64,000 nt of DNA from Tubiluchus corallicola (GCA_030141605.1 JAQGDQ010000178.1:248001-312000); one strand, 5' to 3'; shown: positions 14,722 through 29,262, counted from the first letter of the stretch. The notes: generated by a model from the sequence alone, not told the origin. Translations and numbers: made by a program.

Positions 14722-15917
14722 CTGTAAAACATGTCACAGTGACATAGCTTACGTTGCACCCCCAAAACCTACCATTTCCATTTGAAACTAACTCCGAATT
14801 TTTGTTACACCAACTAATAAGTTCTATCAGGTAGCAAAAAACCAGCGGAAGTTTTGATTGCAACATAACAGAAGTTTTAAGTACACAAGTCAAAAGCATA
14901 AATGCCAGGAAAAATTTCATATGTCACTAATGCTAAAATTTACAGCATGTTCTCTATGTATCCACAATTTTCAATACAAAACTAAATAAGGCATTCTTAC
15001 AAAAAGCTGGTACAGGTTCTCACTTCTTTAATGGCTCAGCACTCACCAATTTAATGGCTCTGTGCGGTTATTGTACTCGTCCCCGAATTAAGTAATTCTA
15101 GATACCATAGTGCAGAGGATAAAATCCCCTTGCTTCTTGACAACAAATCTTTATCAGTGCTTTTTTATCTTTTTGACGTGAACTGGTTGATTTCTTTATT
15201 GTTTTGCTGTCATGTACTGAGTCCTTTAAATACGTTGATGTGGCCATTTTTCAAACGATGATTAGCTGACATTGTCCCAGCATTTAAATTCTTAACATAC
15301 AAAAGTTTTTCCGCCATAAAGCTCTACCCTTCTTGTCTATTTGACAGCAGACCTCTAGTCAAAAGCTAATGTAATATGATACCACATTTTAAAATTTCAA
15401 CTTTGTAGGGCAATTGCTTCTAAAGATACTATAATCTCAATATTGTCACATTTTTTATGCATCACCAAATACGTTTACATAATTATTTTAATCCTTGTAA
15501 AGAATAAGATGACACGTTGCCATTCTGACATTTGTGTTTTCTGATGAACAGTCACACAGTCACAATTTAATGATTTAATATAGCTATGTATATTATCTAA
15601 CTGCATTAAATATAAAAGTCAGTAAACTCATGAAATTATTTGCATCAATTTTATCTTTATTATTTCTGAATTATATACAACATATAAATATAATATTAGT
15701 TAGAGTACAGCTTTAAAGAGAGAAATAAGGACAGTTATGTGTAAAAAGCAATTGCATCACTCACAAGGCCACAATATATTATACTACTAACACTAGATTC
15801 CAGGTGCCATTTGGCAAAAGAAAGAAAATTCAAAAATTATTTTCATTAATGTCATATCAAATAGTATTGATTTCACGTGGGCTTTCCAAATCTTGATTGT
15901 CAAATTCGTCCATCTTT

Positions 15918-17521
15918 TTAATAGGCACGACCATAACCGCCACCACTGCCACCACCTACGATGGCAGCACCTCCAGTACGGAAACCAGCAGTTCCAGAAC
16001 CAGATGCAGCGCCCTCACCTCTGTAGACAGACGGGTTGTCAGCCAGACCCCAGATATCTTCAGTGATGTCATAGGAATACAAGAACTTGGGCTGCTCATA
16101 GTTGTGTCCTTCCCTGCACATTTACACAAACGATGTTTTAAATGTCAGCAAAGAGTTAGAAAAGTTAAAGCAAGATTCATTCTTACATTAAAAACGAATC
16201 AAACTAATGAAAAATCATCATGCAACAGCTAATGAATCCAATAAATTAGGAAAATCTACTAAATAATGATAAAACAGACAATTACAAGTAAGTGGTAACC
16301 AGATGTAAAATTTTAAGAATACTTAACATTTGCTTTTCCCTGTTCTAATAAATAAGTTAAGAAATAAAATAACAAAAATAATTATATCTACACTAACCAT
16401 GAAATAAATATGACCTTAGTGATTTGTAAAAGGTGAGAATTCTGACCTTAGCATTGCATTTCAGTTCAAAAGAATCCCAAGAGCAAACTTGGGAATTGTT
16501 TGGTTTTGATACATTCATGTTCGATTTCCCGGTGACTAACATAACCCAAATTCAAAATAAGAGAGCACAATGATACAACAGCACTGGTAAAATTTTGTTT
16601 TAGCACATTTCTAATCTCTAAGCTTCTTAAAAGTCAACTTAGTCATAAATTAGTGAAAAAAAACAGAAAATATTTTACATAAACATGCCACATTTTGCCT
16701 TACTTAATGTTGGATTTGGAAAGCTTCTAATATTTGACAACACACAAAAAATGCCTATTAATTCAATGACAGTGTAAGTCCCCTGCAGAAAAATTGTATA
16801 ATATTATGTAAAATGTAAGTTTCTGTAAGTTGTATTTGTTTCAAAATTGATATAACGAGACTCCAAGGAGTTCTGAAATGAAATTATTCTATTGTACATA
16901 CTCTAATAATAAAAAAATTTATAAAACCGCGTTGCAGAAATACACACAGGTCAGAAAATAACAGTGAAATGTACAGTTGTTTGAAATTCTTATCATTATT
17001 GCTGAGAAACCTTACTGGCTAAAGCCAGGTAACCTAAAAGTATAAAGTGTTAATCAAATTGTAAATTATGTAAAGAAAACCAGCAATGAATGCTGCACGT
17101 CTTACCTGTACTGATATTCATAGGAACGAGTTTTCTTGGCATTCTCGGTTGCTGATGCCTGGTCTCTAGAGAAAAGACTTCCACTTGCATCTCCCTGTCG
17201 AGTGTAAGAAAGGCTGCTTTCCCGGGACCCAGAACCCCTCAAGCCCCCGGTGATTTCTGGTCCAAAACGAGTGGTAGTGAAATACTCTGGTGCTTCTGTA
17301 GCTCTGACCACTGTCTGACCACCAGAACTACCTCCAGTTACCACCTGTCCTCCCAGCTGGCCAAGGTTGTGCACACGGGCCACTGTCTGACCACCAGAAC
17401 TACCTCCAGTTACCACCTGTCCTCCCAGCTGGCCAAGGTTGTGCACACGGGCCACACGGTTTCCATAACCAGTGGCATAAGCACCAGCTATGACAGCAAA
17501 AAGAAGAGCAAGGACCTTCAT
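15918..17521 (-). CDS. Secreted Gly-rich protein, family member C (203 aa)
   Basis: complement(join(15918..16113,17106..17521))=612 nt; AG|gtaag donor, tgtgcag acceptor. Signal peptide MKVLALLFAVIAGAYA; 72-bp tandem duplication (VARVHNLGQLGGQVVTGGSSGGQT x2); shared domain EYFTTTRFGP...YQYR|EGHNYEQPKFLYSYDITEDIWG; ends GGGSGGGYGRAY. UTR intron ~17530-17984. Confidence 0.9.
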
Positions 17522-18060
17522 AGTAGAACCTGAAAAAAATGAATCGCAAGTTGAAAAATTGTCCTTAACTCTTTTGTTCTTAGTAAAATAAATAATGATA
17601 TTACTGAAATATAATCAACTAAAAACTAATAAATGCTAATACATCGCAGCTTATTGAAACAATAGGAACTACAATATTCAAAGCTTTATGATAAACGTAA
17701 GTGACGTATTTTAAAATACCACTTCCTTAGTTCAACAATGGCTTTAAAGAAAAACTGCTAGAGAATTCAATAAACTTGAACTAATCTAAATTTAAGTCTA
17801 AAAGAAAAAGGAATTACATGAACAATAATCCAATAATACAAGAAAAGATCCAATAATATTTTTATAGTAAAATTACTTTGCACAATTCATTGATGAATAG
17901 CAAAAATCAACAAATTGCAATAACAATGCTAACTAACTAACTAACCAAGAAAAACAATCTCAAGAAAGTGAAAGTGTTTCCTACCTGTGCAGAAAGCTGG
18001 AAGAGTGCTGGATCTGTGAGCAGGAGCAGGCTGATAGTGTTAGCCAACGCAGTCCTCCCT

Positions 18061-18067
18061 TCTTATA
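18061..18067 (-). promoter_or_regulatory. Putative TATA box of family member C
   Basis: TATAAGA on the minus strand ~75 bp upstream of a CAG|gtagg donor at 17984, mirroring the layout of member B. Confidence 0.45.
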
Positions 18068-20049
18068 CCCTTTCTTCGCTGACTGACCCACTTACATGGT
18101 CAGGTGTCAACCTTGAGACAGACTGGACACTGGGCAGTTTAACACTTTAGGACTTGGCAGCATCCTTGAGGTGCTGCATTGTCTGCGAGTTGAGCCCAGC
18201 ATCCGTGCTCTAGGCAATCGCAGCATCCTTCAGAAATGTCGGATTGTTTGATGTTGGGCAACTTAGCAACAGCGCCAGGCGTTTTGCAACTCATTTCAAT
18301 GCAAGCCAAACATGGTAACAAGACCGTGTTAACAACAAAATTCACTAATATCCACACATATGCTTTATATTATATACAAACCATTACATATATGCATATG
18401 TGGTTGTTACATACCTGGCTAAAATGTTTAACTTTATTAGACTGTCAATCATATATGTTCAGTTTTATTCGTAACCTGTGCAATTCATAATTTTATTATG
18501 CTAACGTAATTGGATGTTTAGAGAAAGCATGGCAGGATTTTAAATCAGATATTTTAGGCTTATGAAGCTTAATTATTGTAACTGCATACCTTGCCTGTAC
18601 ATAAGTAACATAATTTCAATGTTCAGTATAACTTAAAAAATTACGTATTTTTGTATACTTGTTTTTTTGCTGAACCATTTAGCTTTAATCATTATATCAC
18701 GCGCTTAATTTTATTAATATTTATATAATCGATAGTCCTGAGCGTTTATTTCACTAAAATACCCACACTTTAATAAAAATATTATTACTATTGTACAATT
18801 TTGAGGCATCTAAGTAAGAAACAAATTCACGTCCTTTCATATTATAGTCTAACGTATCGTCGAACAATTAACCGCCAAACTCACACCGTCAAAAGCAATT
18901 AATAGCGTCGCAGATGAAGCAAAATCTGTCATTTGTGAAACTTTATTTTTCCAGCTTTGCTGAATAATAAACGTGCTGAATTCTGTCTCACGCAAACTCA
19001 TCCTGCGCCGTGTGCGGGCTCGGTACAACAAACTGCAATCAGATCAATAAAAAGAAAATATTCTGGCACGTATCATCTAACAAATGTTTGCTGTGATACT
19101 CGTACGCAAAGATACTTCATACGAAAGCTGTCGAGTGCGCGCAATTTTTTGTGTGAAACGGCTTGCGTCACACGGTTTGCTCCATGCAGATTTTTTCGCT
19201 GTGTTCGAGTCGATCAGCGTAAGTTTATACATTCAAGCTTAAAATCAACGCCAAAGCGAATCATAGACAAAAATTCACGCACTTCAATAAAAATAAACTA
19301 GTCTGGCATGCGAAGCACGGATTACTCGCTTATTGAGCCTTTTCTGCCCAACGACATGGATATGTCGTTTAGAACAACATTTACTATTGTCATGGATCCA
19401 TTTTGTCGCAAAAATTTAGAATACGGAGTAAGGATATTGTGACATCACAATATTAAAACCCGAAAAACTTATTACATGAAGAATTAACAACAAGAACATA
19501 ATCATCATCATGGCAAAACAAGCCTCTTCATAAACGACAAACCTAAACCATTCACTAGAGTAACGAATGAGACAGATGTGTATTAGGACCAGAACCTGGC
19601 TTTTTATCAAGCTCTAAGATGAGACATTGAACCAGTATACGTGCCTTGCCACGTTCGGATGTGAATATCTCCTCATCTAACAAGTAAGCTGCCGGAATCA
19701 GGCAAGCTTTTAGGGAAAGTACTGAACCTGGCCACCTATTCATTCACTACTCAGCCTCGATGACGCATATCTTCGGCCCCAAAGCACACGCCATGACAAC
19801 TAGTCCATAGGAGAAGCTTTTGGTGCAGGCTGAGTAAGTAGTTCTCTAATAACACAGTGCTTGCCTCTGTATTATATATACAGTGCTGCCTCTGTAGTCT
19901 CTGTATTATATATATAAACTTTACCTATTTTGAGTGGAGTAACATACAGTAATATTACTGATCAAGTATTTTTACTGTATGCAACAAATACATTTTAGTT
20001 GAAAACAGACACATACAATTAGTTCGTTTGAGAATACAATTACACATTT

Positions 20050-20150
20050 TTAATGTGTAGTCTCTTTTTTTAAATGTGTAGTCTCTTTTTTAATGTGTTG
20101 TCACTTTTTTAATGTGTCGTCTCTTTTTTAATGTGTAGTCTCTTTTTTAA
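20050..20150. repeat. ~20-bp tandem repeat (aatgtgtagtctctttttt), ~5 copies
   Basis: Direct reading. Confidence 0.85.
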
Positions 20151-21259
20151 CGAAGTCGCACATGGCGAGACCAACATTATCCCGTATTCATGCGCCACCT
20201 AAAGACCTAATTTGCAGTGCAGTAGCTTAAAATGTGAAATTTTACTACGTGGTGAAAGAGAATGTAAGCGATCCAACGTCGCTTCATTGAATTTCAGTTC
20301 AGACAATCAACTACATGTCTAGAATTTGCATTGTCAAAAATTAACGACAACCTTGGCCCTATCCCCAACATTGTCTAAATTAAATACCCTAAAGATAGAC
20401 AGACCCTAAACATAGATAAAGGAATGCAGTAAACGCGTAGAGCATCAACACAGCAGCGGGAAGGAAAATTAGAATCTTTACAACCATCATAAAACTGTAG
20501 ATTTAAGTAATAACACAGAGACAGATACGCGAATCTTTACAACCCATACGCGACTAAACAGATATAAAATAACTTCATTTTATTCTTATAGATGTGACTG
20601 CATTTTCTATGGTTCAAATTTCAAATTTGGTTTACGTACAAATTGATTTACAGAAAACATGTACGACAATAGTGGTACAAACAGACGGTTACAGTAATGC
20701 ATTATTAAGTAGTCATATAACCAACAGTAGTCATGTCTGTGGACATTGGTATTAGCTGACTATAATTATTTTACACCTAAACACGTGCAAGACATAATTA
20801 TACGGCAGGAATGAGAACGAGTCACAGAATAATTGAAGCAAAAACCTCTGCTGTTACTGGTGTTATAACTAAGCTTCGCATAATAACATGTTTTTTACTG
20901 ATTACGGAATTTCAAACAGACTTGCTTGCTAATCTTGTCATCAAGACTCATTTAGAACCGTTAAGATTCATTAAATCGCTAGCTGTGTGCGTTAAAGACG
21001 CAATATTCAATGGTTAACTGGTGCAAAAACTATAGTTTAAATTCTACTTTCAATTGCTCCATTTCACGGGACTCAGACAAGCAGACTAGCTATCAGGGGG
21101 AATTTCTAACTGTTGATTTTATTATTAATTGGCTCACAGGTTGCTTGGCTAATTGCTGTTTTATTATATACTAATCAGCCTGGGGCGACGTAGCGTCTTG
21201 ATTATATGTAAAAAATAATAAATAAATATATCTTTATAAAAAATACGTTCATTACGTTG

Positions 21260-22660
21260 TAACCTAGGGCACCAAATTTTGAGGGAGGCAGATTTTTAGG
21301 GGTTTGGTGTTTAAAAATTCTTATATACACTCGGAAAATGCAAATTACTTTATGTAAAGATAAAGCTTGTATTTTATAGCACATCAAAAGCAGTTACTGA
21401 GGTCGCTCTTATATATAAGCACTATAACAAGTAAGTTCAATTATTAAATAAAAATAGTACAACACAAACAGCTGTACAGCGTGCAGCCTGCTTAATTATA
21501 AGCGCTATGCCAATATGAGTAATTATTAATAATAATCATGTAGGTACTAGGTAATAGTGCTACTAATACACCACAAGTAATTGTGGAATGGTTTTTATAT
21601 ATAACAACCATAAATCCATAAGAGACATGGGCCGGGCTGAACTGATCAGCCTGAGAACACGTCTTGTTTTGCACACCCCCCCCCACGGTTTCGGTATCAT
21701 TTGAATAATCAGTAGTCGCGGGAATTATTTGGTCAGTTATTCAAGTTTCAAATTAATTAATGAATAAATCAGTATTTGGTTGTCTAGTTAGTCAGTCATT
21801 CAATTATTACTCACATTAAAACAAAGCTGAGGCCGCTAGTCAACCAGACTCAGTTAATCAAGTCAAGTAAGGCCAATGGCGACTCAGGATAATGGGCTAC
21901 AGAGAAGGTGAAGATATGAATGCACGTTTACAAATATAGAATTCGCATAGCTAATTTGTGAAAAATTATATGTTCATGCTCTTCTTAAGTCGAATGAGTT
22001 TTTTGATACAACTACGAAAATTTCACAGACAGTGAATCCAAAAAAGTGGATTTATCGCCAGCCGTCCTGAATCTAGGAGTGTTCAAGGCAAGACTATCAG
22101 AAGCAACAGAAAAACGAGTACTATGAACAAATTAGTAACATAAGAATTTAAAAGCCTCTGACGAGGAGGGATTTAAGAGGTCCCAAAAGCATAACCACCT
22201 ACAGAAACATCGATAAAAGAAGCCTAGATATAATATAGCAGACACAGACTTTCAAGGGACTCCAGAGTGGACCCAAGATTGCTAGATTAACTAAGTCTGG
22301 TAGACTAGCGACCCCAGCTTTCTCTTTATTACTATGCTGATTTAAATCTTCAGTCAAGTCACTAGATCTCGGCCCATCTCTATTATGGATTTATGGTTGT
22401 TTATATTGAGAACCAATGCAGAATTACTTGTGGCATATTAGTAGCACAACTACGCAGTATCAACATGGTTATAGTTAATAATTACACATATTGGCATAGC
22501 GCTTATAATAAAATAGACTGCACAACTGCTTGTGGTGTAGTATTTTTATTTAATAATTGAACTTGATTGTTACATGGCGCATTTTCCGAGGAGAGTAGCA
22601 ATTTTTAAACACTAGGCGCCTTAAAATTGGCATCCCTCAAAATTCGGCGCCCTGGGTTAC
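21260..22660. mobile_element. Long diverged inverted repeat / foldback-like element
   Basis: 21260-21635 is approximately the reverse complement of 22370-22660 (e.g. agggcaccaaattttgaggga vs tccctcaaaattcggcgccct; ttataagcgctatgccaatatg vs catattggcatagcgcttataa). Confidence 0.7.
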
Positions 22661-25200
22661 AGGCTAATGAGCCAATTTCTTGTAAACATATTTTCATTAA
22701 CAGCAAAGCTGATGTAAAGACCTCAGACATTTTGTCTACTGGTAAATACGTTCCTGACTGAAGCAACTGTCAAGTGGCACTGAACGACTGGCTAGCTGAC
22801 ATTTAGGTCTGGCAAAGTGATAAATGAGTAAAATGCACGATTCACTGCATTAGAACCTTTACTATTAAACAGCAATTGTCGAACACAACAAGCAGTACCT
22901 TTTAAACGATCACATTGACTTGAAGAAACCTCTGCAAACTCTGGGATGTAACCCGGAGAGTTCTCTTTTAACTGTTTTATTACAACTATTTTGAATCTTA
23001 CTGTTACTGATAGACTGGATGCTTGGACTTGCATGGAAGGTTCTATGTGGAAAATCCGGCAGAAAAAAACAATGGCACAACTGGCATTGGGCACAATTTA
23101 TGATACCATCTTTTTTGCAATAAAGAAGAAATTACTGCATTATTACCTTTAGTAATTAGGATCTCATTAATTTTCTGCATGCTCGCAAATTGCATAAAAG
23201 TAGAGCCTTAGCCTTTGACCAAAATAGCTTAGGAGTAGGGAGGTGCTGCCACCTATTGGCCGAAAATAAAAAAATCATCACTTGAAAAATAATACTAATT
23301 CTTGCCTAAAGTATAAACGAAAATACAAATCTAGCCTGATCTGGTCTAACTTAGTCTAATCTCATCTAGAACAACTCAGTCAAGTTATATCTAATTAAAA
23401 GACAATAGTAATGTAACCCAGAGTAATCCAAACTAACACATCTATTAGCTCTATAGTTGAAACTAAATGATTTTAAACTATTTTCAGCAGGAATATCAAG
23501 GATTGCAAGGAAATTTATACAAGGGCACCATACATGTAAATAACATACACATCATTGAAACATACTAACGAAGCACCAATAGTAGACAGTTCAAGTTGTT
23601 TAACTCCACAGCAAGGAAAGTAGATTTCATTCTATGAAGTTAGTTAAGCATATACCAGATCTTAATCACTACAGTTAAACTCAAACAGCATTAAATACTT
23701 CCAAGTATTTTGTGTATTTGAAATACCAACTATCACTGATATGAAGTGGTAGCAACTACTAGCTAAAAATCCACAAACTGTAAGTTTTTGAAACACCATT
23801 TTTTCCTTCAGATATGAACTGAATCAGTAACAAAATATTATATCAAGCTTTTCAGCATATACATTTTTGAGTGTTTGCATGAATTTTACATTATTGGCGT
23901 GACTGACTCGAAGAAATCAGTGCACATTACTTACTTCAGTCCTGCTTAAAAGACAATTACAGCGTACTTTGTGAAGTTTCAGTTTTACATGACAACAGAA
24001 AAAAAGACTTTCTGAAATTTTTAAATTTTTCTTGGTTATCTATATAAGGGGAAACCAGCTGTGAAGGTGTCATTTCCGAAAAGAAAATCGGAACTTGATT
24101 TCACGCATTTTGCTCGTTAGATGACGCCAGTGAAATACACGCCCAAATTACGACTGCATTTGCATTTGGTAATCACATGCCACATTTCGCTGCATAGCAT
24201 TGTTCACAATTTCAGCATCGTAGAGAAATAACGTGGTAACCAAGGAAGCCATTACTAGCACAGTTGTTTAGCCTGCATTTTCGTTGTTTAGCCTGCATTT
24301 TCGTTGTTTAGCCTGCATTTTTCCGAAGTTTCACGAACAAAACTGAACAAAATATTTTGGGGGATGTTGCAACTTTGAGACCCGATTTCATTAGAAAGGA
24401 AGACATGAAATTTAATAAAATTAGTGTCAAATTTTAAGTTATTGTTAGATTTTTCAATTAAAGACTTGTCTTTACGTTGAATTTGACTTTTAAAAATTAA
24501 TGCTACTAAAACAGGCATAAAAGACAAAAATTTGATGATCTGTTACATCAGTGATCAATTCCTGTTCTTAATTAATGCCATCAGAGCAACAACCAACCAC
24601 ACAGATATATTACTATATTAATTTGTTACCACAGGTATTAAGTTATAAACTTGAATTAAGCTGCACGACAGATATGAAGTTTTATTTCACGCATTCGAGC
24701 TTCATTCATCCTTCTCCACTTACAGCTTTAGTAAATACTGTTAAAAATCTTATTTTATATTTAATACCATATCTATTACAGTACATCACAGACATGTTCA
24801 AAATTAGTTTTGCAGTGGAGTTTTGCAAGAATGTCACCGCAAACTTCACAAAGAGAACAGACACTGATCGTAAAAAGTGCGATTTATTCCAATTTGAAAG
24901 CAGACACTCATCATAGAAATCGTCATTTCTAGAGACGCATATAAAAAATCTGCCGAATTATATGTCAACATACATGTCACACTTACAGCAGATAGTGATT
25001 TCTAAAATGCAGTTTATACAGTAAATGTAAAAAAGTGATGTCCATAAATGTCGGTCCTAAAATTCAAGCTTATTTAATACAGACAGCAGGTGTCACCACA
25101 GACCTCAAATGTACGGAAGGCAGTGATCATAAAAACGCGGTGTCTCGAGATAGATACAAAAGAGTGTTGTCAGCAAATATTAGTCTAAAAATTCAAGAAT

Positions 25201-25550
25201 ATTTAGTATCATAAACAGACAATAGAAGTCACCACTAAGACCACCTAGAGGCAGCGGGTATAAAAACACAGTTTCTAGAGAAATATAGGATATAAAAGTT
25301 GTCCACAGTCTTAAAATTCAAGCTTGTTTGGTATAGTAAAGGGGACTTAAGGCTTCCCAGGGCTAAGCGACTGAAATTTAGTATCATAAACAGACAATAG
25401 AAGTCACCACTAAGACCATCTAGAGGCAGCGGTTATAAAAACACAGTCAGTTTCTAGAGAAATATAGGATATAAAAATTGTCCACAGTCTTAAAATTCAA
25501 GCTTGTTTTGCATAGTAAAGGGGAATTCCTAGGGCTAAGCAATTGAAATT
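25201..25550. repeat. Tandem duplication of a ~175-bp unit
   Basis: tttagtatcataaacagacaatagaagtcaccactaagacca starts at ~25202 and ~25377, near-identical; diverged similar sequence at 25060-25200. Confidence 0.85.
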
Positions 25551-25618
25551 AACAAAAAAGAAAACAACTCACATACAGAATGAAAATTTCAGACATTTTT
25601 TTCTGTATTATTACTCAC

Positions 25619-28191
25619 CGATTTTGGACACCAGTCGAGGTAACTTCTTGTTCTCAGTTTTTTCATCCTCAATAGGTAGCTCAGTGTCATTAGAATTGAA
25701 TTTCTCTTCTGGTGTACTACCCCTACTTGCCTGGTCATGCTCTTCAACAACTGCTGGTGACAACTCTAAAAGATAAAGAGATCAAGATGTATTTACCAGA
25801 ATTTTACAAAACAAAAGCTACTCCTTAAATGAAAGGCAAAGCTTTGTAGGAAGTTTGGCTTTTTTCTATAACTGTGAAAAATGTTAGAATGATTTAGTAA
25901 CAAAAGTGTGCTAAGCACCCCATTTAAATGTCCCGATCACTTCACACTTGGGCATTTCAATTTTGAATGCCCATTCTGCCACCAATGACGTCTTTCATGA
26001 CTTGAAGAAAAGTAGTGCACTGTTCTATTAGTTTCCATTACAATAATAATAAGTTTTTGCAAAAAATTAGACAGCTAATTTTGTGATATTTTTGCATTCA
26101 TGAACATTAGGTAAGTTACGCAAGCTTGAACCAGCTTAAGCAGCAAAGTGTTTATTAAAAGTCAAGATGCACTTATGAAGAATCAGGAAGTCCACCAGTT
26201 ACATCATAATTTTCATGTAAATGACGGCTACGATGGCCCCTGAAAATTTCTTTACAGCGGTTGTATAGATTAACCAGTTTGAGTGATAACAAGTAAAATA
26301 AATCCAACATGCTAAGTGACTAGTCCTTGTTTTTAAATTTAAATAGAAATTATTACTATTAGAAAAGTGCATATTGCCTAGTATGGAAGAACTGCTTTCT
26401 TTTTTCCATTGCTTAAGTATAATAAAAGCCTTGACTTTCATGCACACATTCAATATTTTGTGACTTTGAAAACTGTGCTAGTTGCTATATATGTTTCTAT
26501 TACTCTGTCTGTTGGAATGTGGCTATTTACAGTTAGTGGTGGACCAGATTAATTGATTTAAGCTTTTATTTCTAATCATTGTTTATTTTTCAGTTTTGCC
26601 AATGCAAATCGATTGAATTACTCCGCACCACCCCAAAATCAAAATTATTTTGATCTGCAAAATCTGCAAAAATGATATGACAAATATAGCTGTCACTGTA
26701 GCAGAATCAAGTAATATGGCATTACTTTTGCAATAAAGCAATGAACATCTGGCTTTCATATGTGATTAAAGGCCACCTATCTATTATAAATGTATCAATC
26801 ATGGAAATACAACCAACGTCCCACCACTATTTATAATTAGGAAATAAATCAGATTTTCTCTGGAAGCTATTAATGTTTTTCCTTATTTTAGTTACAGGCT
26901 ACACAACCATGACAAGCTCAGTCTAACATTTTACGCTCATTAGGCAACCTTTTACATGTTAATTGCCTGAATTTTTATTCATTTTAACTATTCTTGTCAT
27001 TAAGAATCTTTTATATTTATCTAGAACATACTAGCAAATTACCTCAATCAATTTAGTCTCAGCCTAGAAAACTATTATAACTGATATATTGATTTAGAGT
27101 TCAATCTTGCCCCACTCGTCGGATATAATATGCTGGCTGCCAGTCGAGTGTTGGAATCTAGCACAGAAAGAGCGGGTCTATACAAGAAAAGCCCTAAGCT
27201 TCATAGGCACATCTTTCAAAGAACTTACTAAGTTAATAGATGTCACATAGTGTGCAGACAGATCTAGAGATCTCTCACCTTGACTGTTTTATTTGAAACT
27301 TTGAAAAAAGGGATTTAGAGACATTTAACCAGGCGCATGCTGCCAAATCAAACATTTCTATGCAGCCAATTTAAAAATCATCATTTTCCTTGGTACAATT
27401 AAACATCTACATGTATTTAACCATGGTACGCACAACGATTAGCACTGAATGAAATCACACCATTTTATAAATAGTATAAATTACAGATAGTATAATCAGT
27501 TTTATACAACCGAAAGGGTAAAAATCTTGACATCTGCTTAGGTATTTGTAACAGTAAAGCCACTAGGAGGACAAGCTAGCAAGAAAGAACTGAAAGCGTG
27601 TAGCCCATACTGTACAGACACACAGAATGCAAACAGTTTACAACAGAGACCATGGCAAACTAAAGTATGAAAGTTTATATAAAAAACAAGCAACATTATC
27701 TCATTATCTAGCAAATCTACATTAAATTAAGAAGTAGTACTCATTTAATTAGCCATTGACTATTTGTCCACTATTACATAGCACTTGTAAAAAGGCAAAC
27801 TTAAACAAAATATTCAGTAATTCAATGCAAGCCAAAACTGCACTGCATTTTCATATTAAGAGAAACTTTATATCCATTGGAATATCACACAAGAACTGGA
27901 TTTTGCTCCACCCATGCTTTCAAGTGCACATTTTAATTAGCCATTGACTATCTGTCTAAGATTACACAGATTTTGGAAAAATTTTATTTTGACTGCTCAA
28001 GAATAGTGACAGCTGCTGAAAGTCTGCAACAAATTTGACGACTAAAGGCTTGGTCTCCTTTTAATCTACTTCACTACTTGAATGCAATTTCAATTACGTA
28101 CGTGATTCAGTTTCTGGATCTGCAGACGACTCTTTCTGACTAGTTTCCGTCATGTCCACCTGCAAATGATGCTGCCCTGTTTTCTCCATCA
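25619..28191 (-). CDS. Two putative coding exons of an unidentified gene (acidic, probably disordered)
   Basis: Exon 28102..28191 (ttttttag|TG ATG..., MEKTGQHHLQVDMTETSQKESSADPETES, C|gtacgt) and exon 25619..25765 (cttttag|, LSPAVVEEHDQASRGSTPEEKFNSNDTELPIEDEKTENKKLPRLVSKI, G|gtgagt) are phase-compatible. No family recognised; other exons not found. Confidence 0.5.
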
Positions 28192-28429
28192 CTAAAAAAC
28201 AAAAAAGTATTGCCACATAAAACCATAATTGTTTCTAGTCCTGAGTATTTTCAATGGGCATGTTCTAAGTTTGGCATGCTAATTAAAGGAGCACAGCATT
28301 AGTTTAGTTAACAATATTATGACTACATTCTGCAATTACAATTATTACAATTGTTACTACGATATTACAATTATTAACATGTCTCCAGGTAGACATGCAA
28401 TAGAATGTATTACAGTAAGCATTAAATTG

Positions 28430-28461
<32 letters not shown>

Positions 28462-28699
28462 CGGTGCCGCTTGTAACAGTATATAATGTAATGCAATTGA
28501 GCCAAAGTTTTTGATACATGCAACAAAACCTTTACAACTTAATTCAAATACCATTAAAACAGGGTTTCAAAAAGAGACATCAGACAATCATTTTGGAATA
28601 AATAAATTCACTCAAGGCTCATTTTTCAAGTGTCTCGCGATTTCAAGACAGTTGTAATTTTTCATACTGCAACTATTTCCGAAAAACTTGCACAGGAAA

Positions 28700-29110
28700 G
28701 CAAGAATGCTGGCTCATCTACACATCTTGTTTAAAAACTGATTAAAAAAGAGCCTGCAGCTGCTCTGAGACAAAAGAATTGTCAGTCTCATACAAAAGTA
28801 GTCCTGATACAGACTATGTTCCTTACTGTCAATGACTTAGGCAACTAGAAGTACATTCACCAGAAGGATGAGTGCCAATTTAAAACAGCATTTCAAAATC
28901 ATCAAGGGATTGACAAAATGAATGTTGGAAACTTCTTCACATTTAAAAGTAACAGGAGGACCATGCGACAACTGTACAAGAAAAGAGCAAATATGGGTTT
29001 TAGCAATAGGCTATTTGATCTGTGGAATGGATTACCCAAAAAGGTGTGAAAGCCATTACAGGTAATTAATTTAAAAGGACCATCCAAACATATGTTATTG
29101 CTATTGACAG
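28700..29110 (+). mobile_element. Decayed CR1/L2-group LINE ORF2 3' fragment
   Basis: Broken translation FKIIKG..FFTFKSNRRT..LYKKRA..FSNRLFDLWNGLP..FKR matches the C-terminal motifs of CR1-type ORF2 (FKI.KG, FS.R...WN.LP). Confidence 0.65.
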
Positions 29111-29262
29111 CTGTGACAAAATTGTTTGTTTTCCAGGTAAACATACAGTGTATAGAATGTCGGCTACTACTAGTAAGGATAAGGATGAGTGGATCAAGTG
29201 CATCAAGTAAATTTGATGGAATTTTTTTACTTCTGATATTGTGATCGATATTGACGATATTA

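Noticed and set aside
22792-23094. 100-aa minus-strand ORF
   Set aside because: Non-ATG start, no motif and no convincing splice context.
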